From Veleropilina oligotropha (lineage: Eukaryota): a stretch of DNA of 64,000 nt. Under the pieces are notes generated by a model. The model saw nothing but the letters and a program-made list of their open reading frames with translations, did not search any database and had not been told where the DNA came from. The DNA lies in contig JBEUKZ010000131.1 in assembly GCA_048128005.1 (NCBI GenBank), positions 186,001 to 250,000 of the forward strand, written 5' to 3'. Position numbers and translations under genes: made by a program. Positions 1 to 13,200 of the stretch are shown here, piece by piece; positions within the stretch are counted from its first letter, which is position 1; every line of letters begins with the position of its first letter.

Positions 1-875
1 TTTTTTGACTCAGTATATATTCACCCATGCGAGATAATTAAATACTCTGCGGCAAGCTTATTAATACTCACAAACAAAGCAATTTGTCGGAAAATCTTTC
101 ATTTTAACACAATGCTTACAGTTTGTTAGTAATTAATTAGGCCAAAACGCTATTCAATGGACACCAAACTAGCTTCGCGCACAATCATTTTTCATAACTC
201 GCGTTGCGAAGCTACCGGAAAGTACCGATCATCTTCATAGGTTTACGTTCGGAAAAATTTTAACCGAATGTGAGATTATTTCTTACCCGGATGTAAATAT
301 TTTTCAAATCAGTAAAATGTCGCGATTTCAGTAGATTAAAAGATTTTGTTAAGTTTGTCCCGTAAACAAACGTGCTATCTGGTAATCTACCAGTCATTCC
401 GGTAGAGTTGACAGGTATGCATTATTTATGAAAGCAATCTCGCCGACATTGTGGTTAGCATGTTGGACACTCAACCCTGGCTATAAGGTGGGCACAAGTT
501 TGAGCCCAGCCGGCGGCTTATTCTACCAAAATAATAGAAGGCATATAGCCATAATGTATGTCAGTCAGATCGGAGTCAGAAGTGGTCATGAAATAAAAGA
601 TTCCAACCAACAACCATTATTTCCATTATATAGATGAAAATACTTCATAGTGATATCTTAATTTCAGTCCGTAAGCCAGCAAGCAATCAATATTATTCAT
701 AATATTATGTATGTATCAGCCTTAAAATGAATCGCTCTATATTGTTCTGATAACCGTGTGAAATATTGAGAAAGTAACGTGTGACTTCTAAATTTGGAAT
801 TTTTGGGTGATTATACCAATCCCAGTAGATCGTCTTAATTTCAAGACTTAATTTGCTGTTTTTGCCTTCTTGTAG

Positions 876-2393
876 CAACTGGTGATGATGACGTTGAACA
901 AGACGAGACTCACATTGACACACTAGAACTGATGATTACAGAAGATGACCGACCTGTGGACGTCACCGAGGAAGACTCCTTGTTCTCGGAAACCATCCAG
1001 ATAGATCGCAAACCGCAAGAGGTAAAACTGCAGTTCGGGATTCCAGATGTTTCCCAACAGATGATTTCAATTGAGAAAATCACTGACGTCAATCAGGAAA
1101 CTCCCGGAGAGGTTCAAACATCATCCTTGACAATTCAACACGAGGAAGAGCTCAAACCAGTGGAGATGCAAATAAAACTCCCAACGGATGGCGACTTCGT
1201 GACCACAAAGGAGACACAGGTGACTAAAACTGAGGTGCGACGGATCTCGGTGGATCAGATTCAACAACCTGCCGAGATGCACAAAGAGACCATCGAGATC
1301 ATCCAGAAACCAAAACCGGAAGAAGTTATATTCAAATTTGTTTCTCCTGATAAAGAACAGCCAGAGATGGAAAGTGCTCCCAAACCAGAGGTCACTGAGA
1401 CACAAATCCGCGAACAGATCAAAAAGTCGGAAATCAAAGTCGAATCCAAAACAAAAGACGTCGATGTCCCTGTGACCGAGGTCAGCACAGCCAAGCTGGA
1501 TGTTTCCGAAACACTTGTTCAATCTCCTCGCCCAATGGACGAGCAGATCACCCTAACCAGGGACACGGTTGTCAAGCAGACGGAAGAAATAATAGAACAG
1601 GAGACAGTCGAGAGACAAATCGTTGTTGATATCTCAGAGAAGGTGAAGGAGCTAGAAAAGCAAACCCCCGCCCCGGATCAACAAATTGAAATATCTGAAC
1701 GAGATATTCTTTTCATCTCAGAAAAGAAACCTCAGGAAAAACATACAGAAGAAATGTCTTTTGACATTAAAGGCAAACCTCAGGAAGAAGTCCAAATCAG
1801 CTTCCAGTTGGATCAAGTAGATCAACCCACGGAAGTCACTCAGGTGGAAATCCCTGTCGTTGAAGATACGAAGACAGAGATTGAAACTTTTGTCTCCGAG
1901 ACCGAGATCCGCAAGGAGATGCAAGTTTCTGGCTTGGATGAGACGCACAAAGAAGAAATGTTTCTTCAGATCGAAGGCGACACAAAACCAAAGGAGGTGG
2001 AGTTCACTGTGCAGTTTCAACAGCAAGAAGATGAGCAGCCAATCGCCGAAGCTGCGGCTCCATCAACCGAACAGATTACCCAAGAAATGGAGCCAAAGCA
2101 AACTGGAGAAGCGCCAGTGTTCACCTGGGGACTGATGTCGCTGAAGGTCATGGACGGTGAAGAGGTCAAGTTCAGATGCGAAGTCAAGGGCACTCCAATG
2201 CCAGAAATCATCTGGTACCATGACGACAACGTGGTCACCGAGAACCAAGACTTCAGACTAACATATGACATCGAGAAAGGGGAATGCGTCCTACTGATAG
2301 TGGAGGTGTTTCCGCAAGACGCTGGAGAATACGTCTGCGAAGCTGTCAATGTGTTCGGCAAAGATGTCACGAGAGCCTTCTTAGAAATTGATT
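876..2393 (+). CDS. Titin-like gene exon: E/T/V/K/P-rich linker plus C-terminal I-set Ig domain (phase 1-1, 506 codons)
   Basis: Acceptor tttgccttcttgtag|ca before 876 and donor t|gtaagt at 2394. In frame with ORF 932..2401. I-set motif APVF..LKVMDGEEVKFRCEVKGTPMPEIIWY..DAGEYVCEAVN. Confidence 0.92.
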
Positions 2394-2438
2394 GTAAGTA
2401 AGAGTTATTGTGGTACAAATTTATAATACTTGAGGCTA

Positions 2439-2521
2439 GGCCACACTGGTAGCCGAGTGGATAAGAGTTGAAACTCTGAGTTCACTGGCTTGACTGCTCT
2501 ATCTAACAAGAGTGGGTTCGG
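2439..2521 (+). mobile_element. SINE family A 5' fragment (tRNA-like head)
   Basis: ggccacactggtagccgagtggataagag...gagtgggttcg matches the head at 24659. Confidence 0.7.
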
Positions 2522-2590
2522 TACGTTGTTGATTTAATAGTTACAGTTGGCCTTAATTGATTGGTGCGAACTTGAAAAGAGAGACATTAA

Positions 2591-2901
2591 AGATGCTGAA
2601 TCTGAATCGGTCTCATAAAATGGAATTTAACGCCATTTAATCTGACCCTTTCTGTATATGTTCTTTGCTTAAAGATAGTTTAGAGAATTTGTCCAGAAAT
2701 AAAATTCAAGATATAGTAATAACATGGTAAATGTCGATTATGAATAAATGGTGAACTTTTAATTCAATATCGACATTTACAATATTTATTAAAATAATTA
2801 AATTCTATATCTGGATATGATATATACAAAGAACACATACGGAAATGTCAGATTAAACGATGGTAAATCCCATTTTACAGGACTGAATTGAGTCAGCATC
2901 T
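2591..2901. mobile_element. Foldback MITE flanked by TTAA (Kolobok/piggyBac-type target site)
   Basis: ttaa|agatgctga...tcagcatct|ttaa. The two arms are imperfect reverse complements over most of the element. A related copy lies at 15881-16090. Confidence 0.75.
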
Positions 2902-3116
2902 TTAAGCAGCGATCCAATTGAAACCAAATACTGTTGAACGTCAGTTGCCTTCTATGTAATATTTGGCGCTGAACAACCCAGAAATCGATGCCAGATTGAT
3001 GTTTTCGTGGTTGGATCTTCCCTTCAGAACAAAATTTTAAACCTTATTTTATAATGTGCACAACAAGCAACTGAGTTTATGATAGTATCAAAGAATAGAT
3101 TATGTCATGACCCTGA

Positions 3117-3380
3117 AAGGAAAGGGTCGATGCTTAATGTCCTGTATATTTCCAACCATTTGGTTAAAATCAGGACATGTCCGTATTATCGCGGGAGGAT
3201 ATCCCGGTCGCCCGGGTAAACCCACCCACTCCGACCAGTTACGGACAACTGTGGTTCGTAATTTGAACAAATGTGTGCTGCCCCTGCCGAGGTTTGAACC
3301 CACTACTGTTTGCATCAGCGAAATCAAGTCAGTGATTTTCTGAGTTTCACAACCGATACTACTGTACTGTCGAAGCAGCC
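3117..3380 (-). mobile_element. tRNA-derived SINE (family A), minus strand, 13-bp TSD
   Basis: TSD gtcatgaccctga at 3104-3116 and 3381-3393. Reverse complement aligns with 3467-3723. Confidence 0.85.
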
Positions 3381-3466
3381 GTCATGACCCTGAGGCACAC
3401 TACTAAGACGTTATTTGTTATTAGTATACGTATAGGTTATACCATGAGGTTTAGTTGTCTAATCAG

Positions 3467-3723
3467 GCCGCTTCGGCAGCGCAGTGGGTAGAGTGTCCAC
3501 TCTAAATTCACTGGCTTGATTCCGCTAATGCGAACAGTAGTGGATTCAATACCTGGCTGAGGCATTGAAATTTGTTCAAGTTATGAATCACAGTTGTCCG
3601 TGACTGGCCGAAGAGGGCGGTTTACCCGGGCGACCGGGGTTTCCTCCCGCGATAACACGGACATGTCCTGCCTTGAACCTCGATGTTCTAAATATACAGG
3701 ACATTAAGCATCATTCCTCCTCC
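3467..3723 (+). mobile_element. tRNA-derived SINE (family A), 15-bp TSD
   Basis: TSD tagttgtctaatcag at 3452-3466 and 3724-3738. A-box-like ggcagcgcagtgg and B-box-like ggattcaatacc. Central ggtttacccgggcgaccggggtttcctccc resembles the V-SINE-type motif. Short tcc-repeat tail. Confidence 0.85.
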
Positions 3724-4286
3724 TAGTTGTCTAATCAGAAAAGCCTGCAGGGTGCGAAGCGCCTAATTGATTAACTGCACAGGCTTTTCAAATTATATAG
3801 CACAAACCGAGTGATATAACCTGCAAAAGTGTAAAATAATTTAAAATGTGATTTTAATAACCTAATACACCCTCGTGGTCTAACTGACAATATGGCCAGT
3901 TAGACCACGGCCAAGACAATAGAATGACGTCATAAAAATGGTTTAATTATATGTAGACCATTTTTATTTTCAACTGGCTCTTTTCTGTAATTGAAATCAT
4001 GAATAATATTGAAGTGCACTTGATTAACTTTGATATGATGCCACCCTGGCCTGTGCTTCGGGTTCCTCATGTGTCCATGTTTTTCTTCCGTGTTAATATG
4101 TATATGTCCTGACATGACATAATAATAATTTTCCAATGTTTTCTGGACTTGGCCAATGCATTGCCCCACTTGGTGAATATATATTTTTGCTCGTTGTTTC
4201 ATTATCTGATTTGATATTGACTGTCATCTCAATGTCATTTTTGCATCTTTTGACACAGATCATAATTATTTCCCTCTTCCTTTCAG

Positions 4287-7200
4287 CATATGAATACGTT
4301 CCGGACAGTGAGGAGGCCTCCGAGTCGATGATGTCGTCTGTAGAACCATCGTCGCCGAAGCCGACCCCGGAAGACACCGACTCCGAGCTGACAACCCACA
4401 CCCGGGAGTTCGTCGTGGAGATGAAGAAACTCCAGGAACAGCTTTCTGAGGAATTCAAGGAGGACGAATCCGAGAGCGAGTCCGAAGCCATCACCCAGAA
4501 ATCCGTCTACTCGGAGGAGCAGGATGGTGAGGCAGATATCATCGAGGATATTGACATGGACGAGGTGCACGCAGCAGCTGACATCGAAACGGAGGATATC
4601 GTCGTGGAAGAGGAGGGACAGATCGCGACTCTGCCAGAGGCAACGCAGCAGCAAGCCATGGTTACGCTGGCCGACACTGCTCAATTGTCCAGCTCAGAAC
4701 CAGTGCCACAGTTTCAGGCTCAACCGGGCTCAGTGAAGACAGATGATGAACCTCTGGAGGAATTTCAAGTTCCGGAGGGCGAACACACAGACAGCATCAC
4801 CATCGGTGACAAAGATCAGATGGAAGTGGATAGCCTGCAGATGCAGTTTCAAGTTGATATTCTTCAAGAAAGTTCCGAACCAGCGACCATTGATGAAGTA
4901 TTGAAATCGACGACCGATGTTGCCGAAACCACTGTCGTTCTCAGTGAACTGTCTGAAGTAGCATCAGAGCAATCAGAATTCAAAACAGAGACCATGTTAG
5001 AAGTCCCCGAGCAGCCAGTTGTGACCGACTACAAAGAGGAAACAAAGGATACTGTGCAATCCAGTGAAATTCAAATTGATCTAAACCTATCATCGTTGAC
5101 CCGACCAACAGAAACACAGGCTGCTACCTCCGAGGAAATATCCGAAGAGCCAGTTTTGGACTCCATGCCGGATGTCGTTGGCACCGAAGCAAATGCGTCA
5201 GAAATATCGTCAATATCTGAGATCGGCGTAGTTGGCCAGCCAATGCAGTTTAACATTGATGTGTCACAGGAAATGATAGAGCATCCTGTTATTGAAGATG
5301 TGGCTCGACCCGTCAGTGACACTGCCCAAGCAGAAGATGTGGCAGTGGAACTAAGTCAGCCGAGAACAGAGTCGCCAAAAGCGTTTGGTGCTGACATAAT
5401 CGAAGAAGACTTATATCTACCTGAAATCGGGGAAATGACCAAAGCTGTTGAGGATACGGTCACGTCTGCAGATGTTACTGTTGAAATGCAACAGGTTGTT
5501 CCCGAAGACCAAAAACCTGTCGTATCAGATTCTATTACAGAATTCATCGAACAGCAAGAAACAAGTACAGTCACTGATGTTACTGAAGATACAGTGATAT
5601 CAGACGATATACCAGTAAATCTTGAAGACAGCACAACCGAAGATACAAGCCAATCCTTAGTGAAAACTGAAGAAGAGGTGATCGAATCTTTGGAGATATC
5701 TCAAGTTCAAGCGGAGTCCTCCGATACAACTAACGTGGAAGATATTCCAACGGAGTTGGAAAGATCTGTTGCTTTTTCGCCAACGCAAACACAAGCTATG
5801 GTAAATCTGGAAGTAATTGAACAACCTGATGTTGGACAAATGGGAAAAGCTGAGGATGAATCCATTGAAGCAAGTGAAGTTCCATCAAATATCGAGGATT
5901 TTGGATCTGAGATGCCTGAAACTTCAGAAGTGGATACAATTCTAGAACTCATGATTGAAGGCGATGTTGCTGACGTGTCTGTAACTGATGAAGACATTGC
6001 CGAACCACATGAAGTTGCAGTGGAACTTGATGATTCAAGAGCTTTATCACCAGAAGAGTTTAAAACATCAACTTTAGAAGAGCATACAGAACTGCCCAAT
6101 GTTTCTGATGTAACAGATCAAATCCATGAGACAGCAATAACCACTGATATTATGGTAGAATTTGAACAGCCTACCGCCGATGAAGTAACAGAATCCAAAA
6201 CCGATGTTGACTTGGAATTAACAGAGGCACAAGACGTATTCGATGTGTCACCTGAACTGGAAGACTTCGCAGAAGAAGCAGAAATCCCAAGAGAACTCGA
6301 GGATACTAAGCATGAAGAGGCTTTTCAGTCTCGGACCGACATTTCAATTGAAGAACTTGCGCAACAAGATGTTTATGATGTGGCCGGCATTATTGATGAG
6401 TCGGCCGGTCAAACAGTAATTCCATTAGAGCTAACAGAAACCGTCCCTGAAGAGTACCAACCAGCTCAGGCTGATATGGCTGTAGAGCAAACTGCGGAAC
6501 ACGATGTGTTGAGCGTATCTGACATTGTCGACGATGTTGCCGAGGAAACAGATATAATCCTAAATCTTGATCAAACTCTTCCCCAGGAGCCAATGGTTTC
6601 GGAATCAGAAATCGCTTTAGAGCAAACTCAACAAGATGACACCGAACATGTTGCCGATATAATCGATGACACCGCAGGAGAGACAGATATTCTTGTTGAA
6701 CTTGAAGACACAATTCCTGAGGAGCCGTTGAAGTCACAAGTCGATATTTCGCTGGAAGAACAAGGCGAGCATGATGTGGATCGAGTATCGGACACCATGG
6801 CTGATGTAGCAGAAGAGTCACAAATATCACTAGAACTGGAAGATGTTGGTAAGGAAAGTCCTGTTATGGCCGAGACGGATGTCGCTCTTGAGGCCATCGA
6901 GGAACAAGGCACAGGAGAAGTTCTGCAGGAACAAGACGAAATGGCTGCCATGGAAGAAATCCCATCGTCGCTTGAAGACATCATTCCTGAAGAGGCCAAA
7001 ATGGCCGACACTGAAATTATACTCGAACAAACAGAGGAACAGGATGTGGAGAGTGTGTTAGACACAGTTGACGAAATGGCTGCAGAAGCTGATGTTCCAC
7101 TTGATCTTGAGGACACCATCCCACATGATGCAATGAAATCTGAGGTTGAAATCGCACTTGAAGACACCGAGATTCAAGATGTGTACACTGTAGTCGATAC

Positions 7201-10200
7201 TGTTGATGAAGTCGCAGATGAGAGTGAAATTCTGCTAGAGATGGAGGACACCATTCCCGACGAAGCAACTACGGCAGAGGTCGATGTTGACATTGAACAT
7301 CTTGAAGAACAAGATGTTGACAAAGTGTCTGACACTGTTGATGAAACTGCCGGTGTTGAAGAAATCGCACTTGTACTTGAAGACACTGTGCCTGGAGAAG
7401 CGCAAAAATCAGATGTCAATGTTGACTTGGAACAATTAGAAGCTCAGGATGTTGAGCAAGTTTGTGACACAGTGGATGACATCGCTGATCAAAGTGAAAT
7501 TCCTGCAGAGTTGGAAGACACAATTCCCCAGGAAGCAACTACGGCTGATGTTGACATTGATATTGAACAACTGGAAGAACAAGATGTTGACAAGGTGTCC
7601 GACACTGTTGATGAAACCGCCGGTGTTGAAGAAATTGCACTTGTACTTGAAGACACTGTCCCTGAAGATGCGCAAAAAGCAGATGTCAATGTTGACTTGG
7701 AACAATTAGAAGCTCAGGATGTTGAGCAAGTTTGTGACACAGTGGATGACATCGCTGAAGAAATTGAAATTCTGCTACAATTGGAGGACACGGTTCCCCA
7801 AGAAGCGGCCACAGCAGAGGTCGACGTGGATGTTGAACAACTGGAAGAACAAGACGTTGACAAAGTGTCCGACACTGTTGATGAAACCGCCGGTGTTGAA
7901 GAAATTGCACTTGTACTTGAAGACACTGTCCCTGAAGATGCGCAAAAAGCAGACGTCAATATTGACTTGGAACAATTAGAAGCTCAGGATGTTGAGCAAG
8001 TTTGTGACACAGTGGATGACATCGCTGAAGAAAGTGAAATTCCGCTACAATTGGAGGACACGGTTCCCCAAGAAGCGGCCACAGCAGAGGTCGACGTGGA
8101 TGTTGAACAACTGGAAGAACAAGACGTTGACAAAGTGTCCGACACTGTTGATGAAACCGCTGGTGTTGAAGAAATCGCACTTGTCCTTGAAGACACTGTC
8201 CCTGAAGAAGCACACAAAGCAGATGTCCATGTTGACTTGGAACAATTAGAATCTCAGGATGTTGAGCAAGTTTGTGACACAGTGGATGACATCGCAGATG
8301 AGAGTGAAATTCCTGTGGAGTTGGTGGATACAGTTCCCGAGGAAGCCACTACAGCTGATGTGGACGTTAATGTTGAACAACTGGAAGAACAAGACGTTGA
8401 CAAAGTGTCCGACACTGTTGATGAAACTGCCGGTGTTGAAGAAATCACACTTGTCCTTGAAGACACTATCCCTGAAGAAGCGCAAAAAGCAGATGTCAAT
8501 GTTGATTTAGAAGAATTAGAAGCTCAGGATGTTGAGCAAGTTTGTGACATGGTGGATGATATCGCTGATCAAAGTGAAATTCCACAAGAATTGGAGGATA
8601 CAGTTCCCGATGAAGCAACTACCGCAGAGGTCGATGTTGACATTGAACATCTTGAAGAACAAGATGTTGACAAAGTGTCTGACACTGTTGATGAAACAGC
8701 CGGTGTTGAAGAAATCGCACTTGTACTTGAAGAAACTTTCCCTGAAGATGCGCAAAAAGCAGACATCAATGTTGAGTTAGAAGAACTTGAAGCTCAGGAT
8801 GTTGAGCAAGTTTGTGACACAGTCGATGACATCGCTGATCAAAGTGAAATTCCAATAGAATTGGAGGATACAGTTCCCGATGAAGCAACTACCGCAGAGG
8901 TCGATGTTGACATTGAACATCTTGAAGAACAAGATGTTGACAAAGTGTCCGACACTGTTGATGAAACAGCTGGTGTTGAAGAAATCGCACTTATACTTGA
9001 AGAAACTGCCCCTGAAGAAGCACAAAAAGCAGACGTCAATATTGACTTGGAACAATTAGAAGCTCAGGATGTTGAGCAAGTTTGTGACACAGTGGATGAC
9101 ATCGCTGAAGAAAGTGAAATTCCGCTACAATTGGAGGACACGGTTCCCCAAGAAGCGGCCACAGCAGAGGTCGACGTGGATGTTGAACAACTGGAAGAAC
9201 AAGACGTTGACAAAGTGTCCGACACTGTTGATGAAACTGCCGGTGTTGAAGAAATCGCACTTGTCCTTGAAGACACTATCCCTGAAGAAGCGCAAAAAGC
9301 AGATGTCAATGTTGATTTAGAAGAATTAGAAGCTCAGGATGTTGAGCAAGTTTGTGACACGGTGGATGATATCGCTGATCAAAGTGAAATTCCACAAGAA
9401 TTGGAGGATACAGTTCCCGATGAAGCAACTACCGCAGAGGTCGATGTTGACATTGAACATCTTGAAGAACAAGATGTTGACAAAGTGTCTGACACTGTTG
9501 ATGAAACAGCCGGTGTTGAAGAAATCGCACTTGTACTTGAAGAAACTTTCCCTGAAGATGCGCAAAAAGCAGACATCAATGTTGAGTTAGAAGAACTTGA
9601 AGCTCAGGATGTTGAGCAAGTTTGTGACACAGTCGATGACATCGCTGATCAAAGTGAAATTCCAATAGAATTGGAGGATACAGTTCCCGATGAAGCAACT
9701 ACCGCAGAGGTCGATGTTGACATTGAACATCTTGAAGAACAAGATGTTGACAAAGTGTCTGACACTGTTGATGAAACAGCCGGTGTTGAAGAAATCGCAC
9801 TTGTACTTGAAGACACTGTCCCTGAAGAAGCGCAAAAAGCAGACGTCAATGTTGACTTGGAACAATTAGAAGCTCAGGATGTTGAGCAAGTTTCTGACAC
9901 AGTGGATGACATTGCGAATGAAAGTGAAATTCCTGTTGAGTTGGAGGACACTGTACCCCTCCAAGCAGCTACCGCTGAGGTCGATATTGACGTTGAACAT
10001 TTTGAAGAACAAGATGTTGACAAAGTGTCCGACACTGTTGATGAATCAGCTGGTGTGGACGAAATCACACTTGTTCTTGAAGAAACTGTCCCTGAAGAAG
10101 TGCAAAAAACAGATGTCAATGTTGAGTTAGAAGAACTTGAAGCTCAGGATGTTGAGCAAGTTTGTGACACAGTGGATGACATCGCAGATGAGAGTGAAAT

Positions 10201-13200
10201 TCCGCTAGAATTGGAGGACACGATTCCCCAAGAAGCGGCCACAGCAGAGGTCGACATGGATGTTGAACAACTGGAAGAACAAGATGTTGACAAAGTGTCC
10301 GACACTGTTGATGAAACCGCCGGTGTTGAAGAAATCGCACTTGTACTTGAAGACACTGTCCGAGAGGAAGAGCAAAAAGCAGATGTCAATGTTGACTTGG
10401 AACAATTAGAAGCTCAGGATGTTGAGCAAGTCTCTGACACATTGGATGACATCGCAAATGAAAGTAAAATTCCTGTGGAATTGGAGGACACGGTACCCCT
10501 CGAAGCAGCCACCGCAGAGGTCGATATTGATGTTGAACATCTTGAAGAACAAGATGTTGACAAAGTGTCCGACACTGTTGACGAAACTGCCGGTGTCGAG
10601 GAAATACCAATCTCCCTTGAAGAAACTGTCCCTGAAGAAGCACACAAAGCAGACGTCGATGTTGAATTAGAAGAACTGGATGCTCATGATATTGAGAAAG
10701 TTTTGGATACAGTTGATGAAATCGCTGATGAAAGTGAGATTCCTTTGGAATTAGAGGATACAGTCCCCCAGGAAGCTGCTACAGCAGAGGTCGACGTCGA
10801 TGTTGAACAACTGGAAGCACAAGATGTGGATAAGGTGTCTGATACGGTTGATGAAACCGCGGGTGTGGAAGAAATTGCACTTGTACTTGAAGAAAGTGTA
10901 CCAGAAGAACCAATGTCATCTGCAGCTGATATTATGCTGCAAGAAATTGAGGCTCATGATGTTGATGATGTTACTGAAACGGTCGATGAAGCAGCAACAG
11001 AAGCAGAAATTCCTGTAGAACTGGTAGAAAGTGTCCCAGAAGAGCCACTAAAATCTCAGGCTGGCATTGATCTTGAGGAAACAGAAGAGCATGCTACTGG
11101 TGATGTACCTGAACAAATGGATGAAACTGCTGAGATTGAAGATATCGTGGTAACACTAGAAGACACGGTTCCAGGAGAAGCATTAAAATCTGATGTAAAT
11201 GTTGCTGTTGAAGATCTGGAAGAACAAGATGTTGATAAAGTTTTGGATACAATCGACGAAACTGCCACAGAGACAGAAATATCAGTAGATCTATCAGAAA
11301 CCATTCCTGTACATCCATTGAAGGCTGAAGTGGTGGCTAGTCTCGAACAACTCGATGCTCAAGATGTCGACAATGTTTTCGACACTGTTGACGAAACCGC
11401 GGGTATAGAAGACGTAGCAATGGTTCTGGAAGAGACAATCCCACAAGAACCACAAAAATCAGGAGTTGACGTCAGCCTGGAAGAATTGGAAGCCCACGAT
11501 GTTGATCAAGTGACTGACACTGTTGATGAAATGGCTACAGGAGAAGAAATACCTCTTGATTTGGAAGACACGATTCCTGAACAAGCAATAATGTCTGAAG
11601 TGGGTGTCGCTGTTGAGCTAACAGATGAACAAGATGTTGACAAAGTTTCTGATACTATTGACGAAACAGCAGGTGTCGAAGAAATTACTCATGTGCTTGA
11701 AGAGTCTATTCCTGAACAGCCAATAAAGTCTGATGTCGCACCTATTCTTGAGGAATTGGAAGCCCAGAATGTGGACAGGGTTTCAGACACAATCGATGAA
11801 ATGGCGACCGAAGGTGAAATTACTGTGGAACTTGAAGATACAGTTCCTGAAGAACCACTGAAATCTCAGACTACTGTTGATGTTGAAGAAACAGAAGAGC
11901 ACGTTACGGGAGACATTCTCGATCAAGTTGACGAAATCGCCGGCGTGGAAGAAATTCTTCTGGAACTTGAAGACATAATTCCAGAGAGACCAATAATGTC
12001 TGATGTTAATGTTGCGGTTGATTCTGTTGAAGAACAAGACATTGACACTTTTACTGATACAGTTGACGAAATGGCTGTGGAGAGTGAAATTCCAGTAGAA
12101 CTGGAGGACACTGTCCCCAAAGATGTGATCACAGCAGAAGTTGACATTGCCGTAGAACAGACCGAAGAACAAGATGTCGTCACAGTTTCTGATACCATTG
12201 ATGAATTTCCTGATGTTCAAGAAATTCCAAGTGAATTGCAAGCCTTGATTCTTCAGCATCCATTAAAATCCCAGGTTGATATATCTCTCCATCAATTGGA
12301 AGGACAAGATATTAGCAATGTGTCAGACATCATTGACGACGTTGCAGACGAAACTGAAATTCCTATTGAATTAGCCAAATCTGTTCCCGAACACCCAGTG
12401 ACGACCGAAGCTGATATTGCTCTTGAAGAAACTGAAGAACATGATGTATCAATGGTTGTCGAAGCAACAGACGACACTGCTGCAGTAGATGAAATCCCAT
12501 CACAATTTGAAATAACTATTCCTGAGGATGTATCGCAATCGCAGGCCGAGACTATTATTGAGGGCATTGAAGAACATGCTGTCATTGAAGTCTCGAGTAC
12601 AGTGGATGAAACGGCAGCCATTGATGATATTCCTCAGGAACTTGAGACAACAGTTGCTGGATTACCCACTGAAGTTCAAAGCGAGATATTGTTGGAAATT
12701 GCAGATCAGCCAGATGTATCTGATGTCTTGAAGGCTGATAAAGACTTTATTCAACCATCTGAAATAACTGTGGACCTGGAGGTAACTTCTGATGAGTATG
12801 CCATCACAGCTCAGACTGGAACATTGTTAGAATCTGCAGAGCAGCCAGACATATCGGATGTCACTGAAGAAGTGGATGAAACCGCAATTGCTGAAGATGT
12901 TCCAGTTGACTTGGAGGTAACTGAATCTGACCTTCCTGCTGAAACCGAAGTCATTGAACGAACTGAGCATATTGATGAAACATTTGTTTCAGATATCACA
13001 ATAACCGCAGGCACCGAAGCTGAGTCATCGGAAATTGCAATCTACCTAGAGTCAACTAAACCTGAAGATGTCCTTGAATCAAAGATAGATATTATCATGG
13101 AAGTGACCGAGCAACCGGATGTCAGTGATGTGCTAAAGGCAGAAACTGATGTTGTTTCACCAGTTGACGTGATCTCTGATATCGACAAAGCTTCAGAAGA

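Noticed and set aside
4136..4286. Hydrophobic signal-peptide-like N-terminus of the 3607-aa ORF (similarly 37933-37981)
   Set aside because: Translated intron polypyrimidine tract upstream of a clear acceptor.
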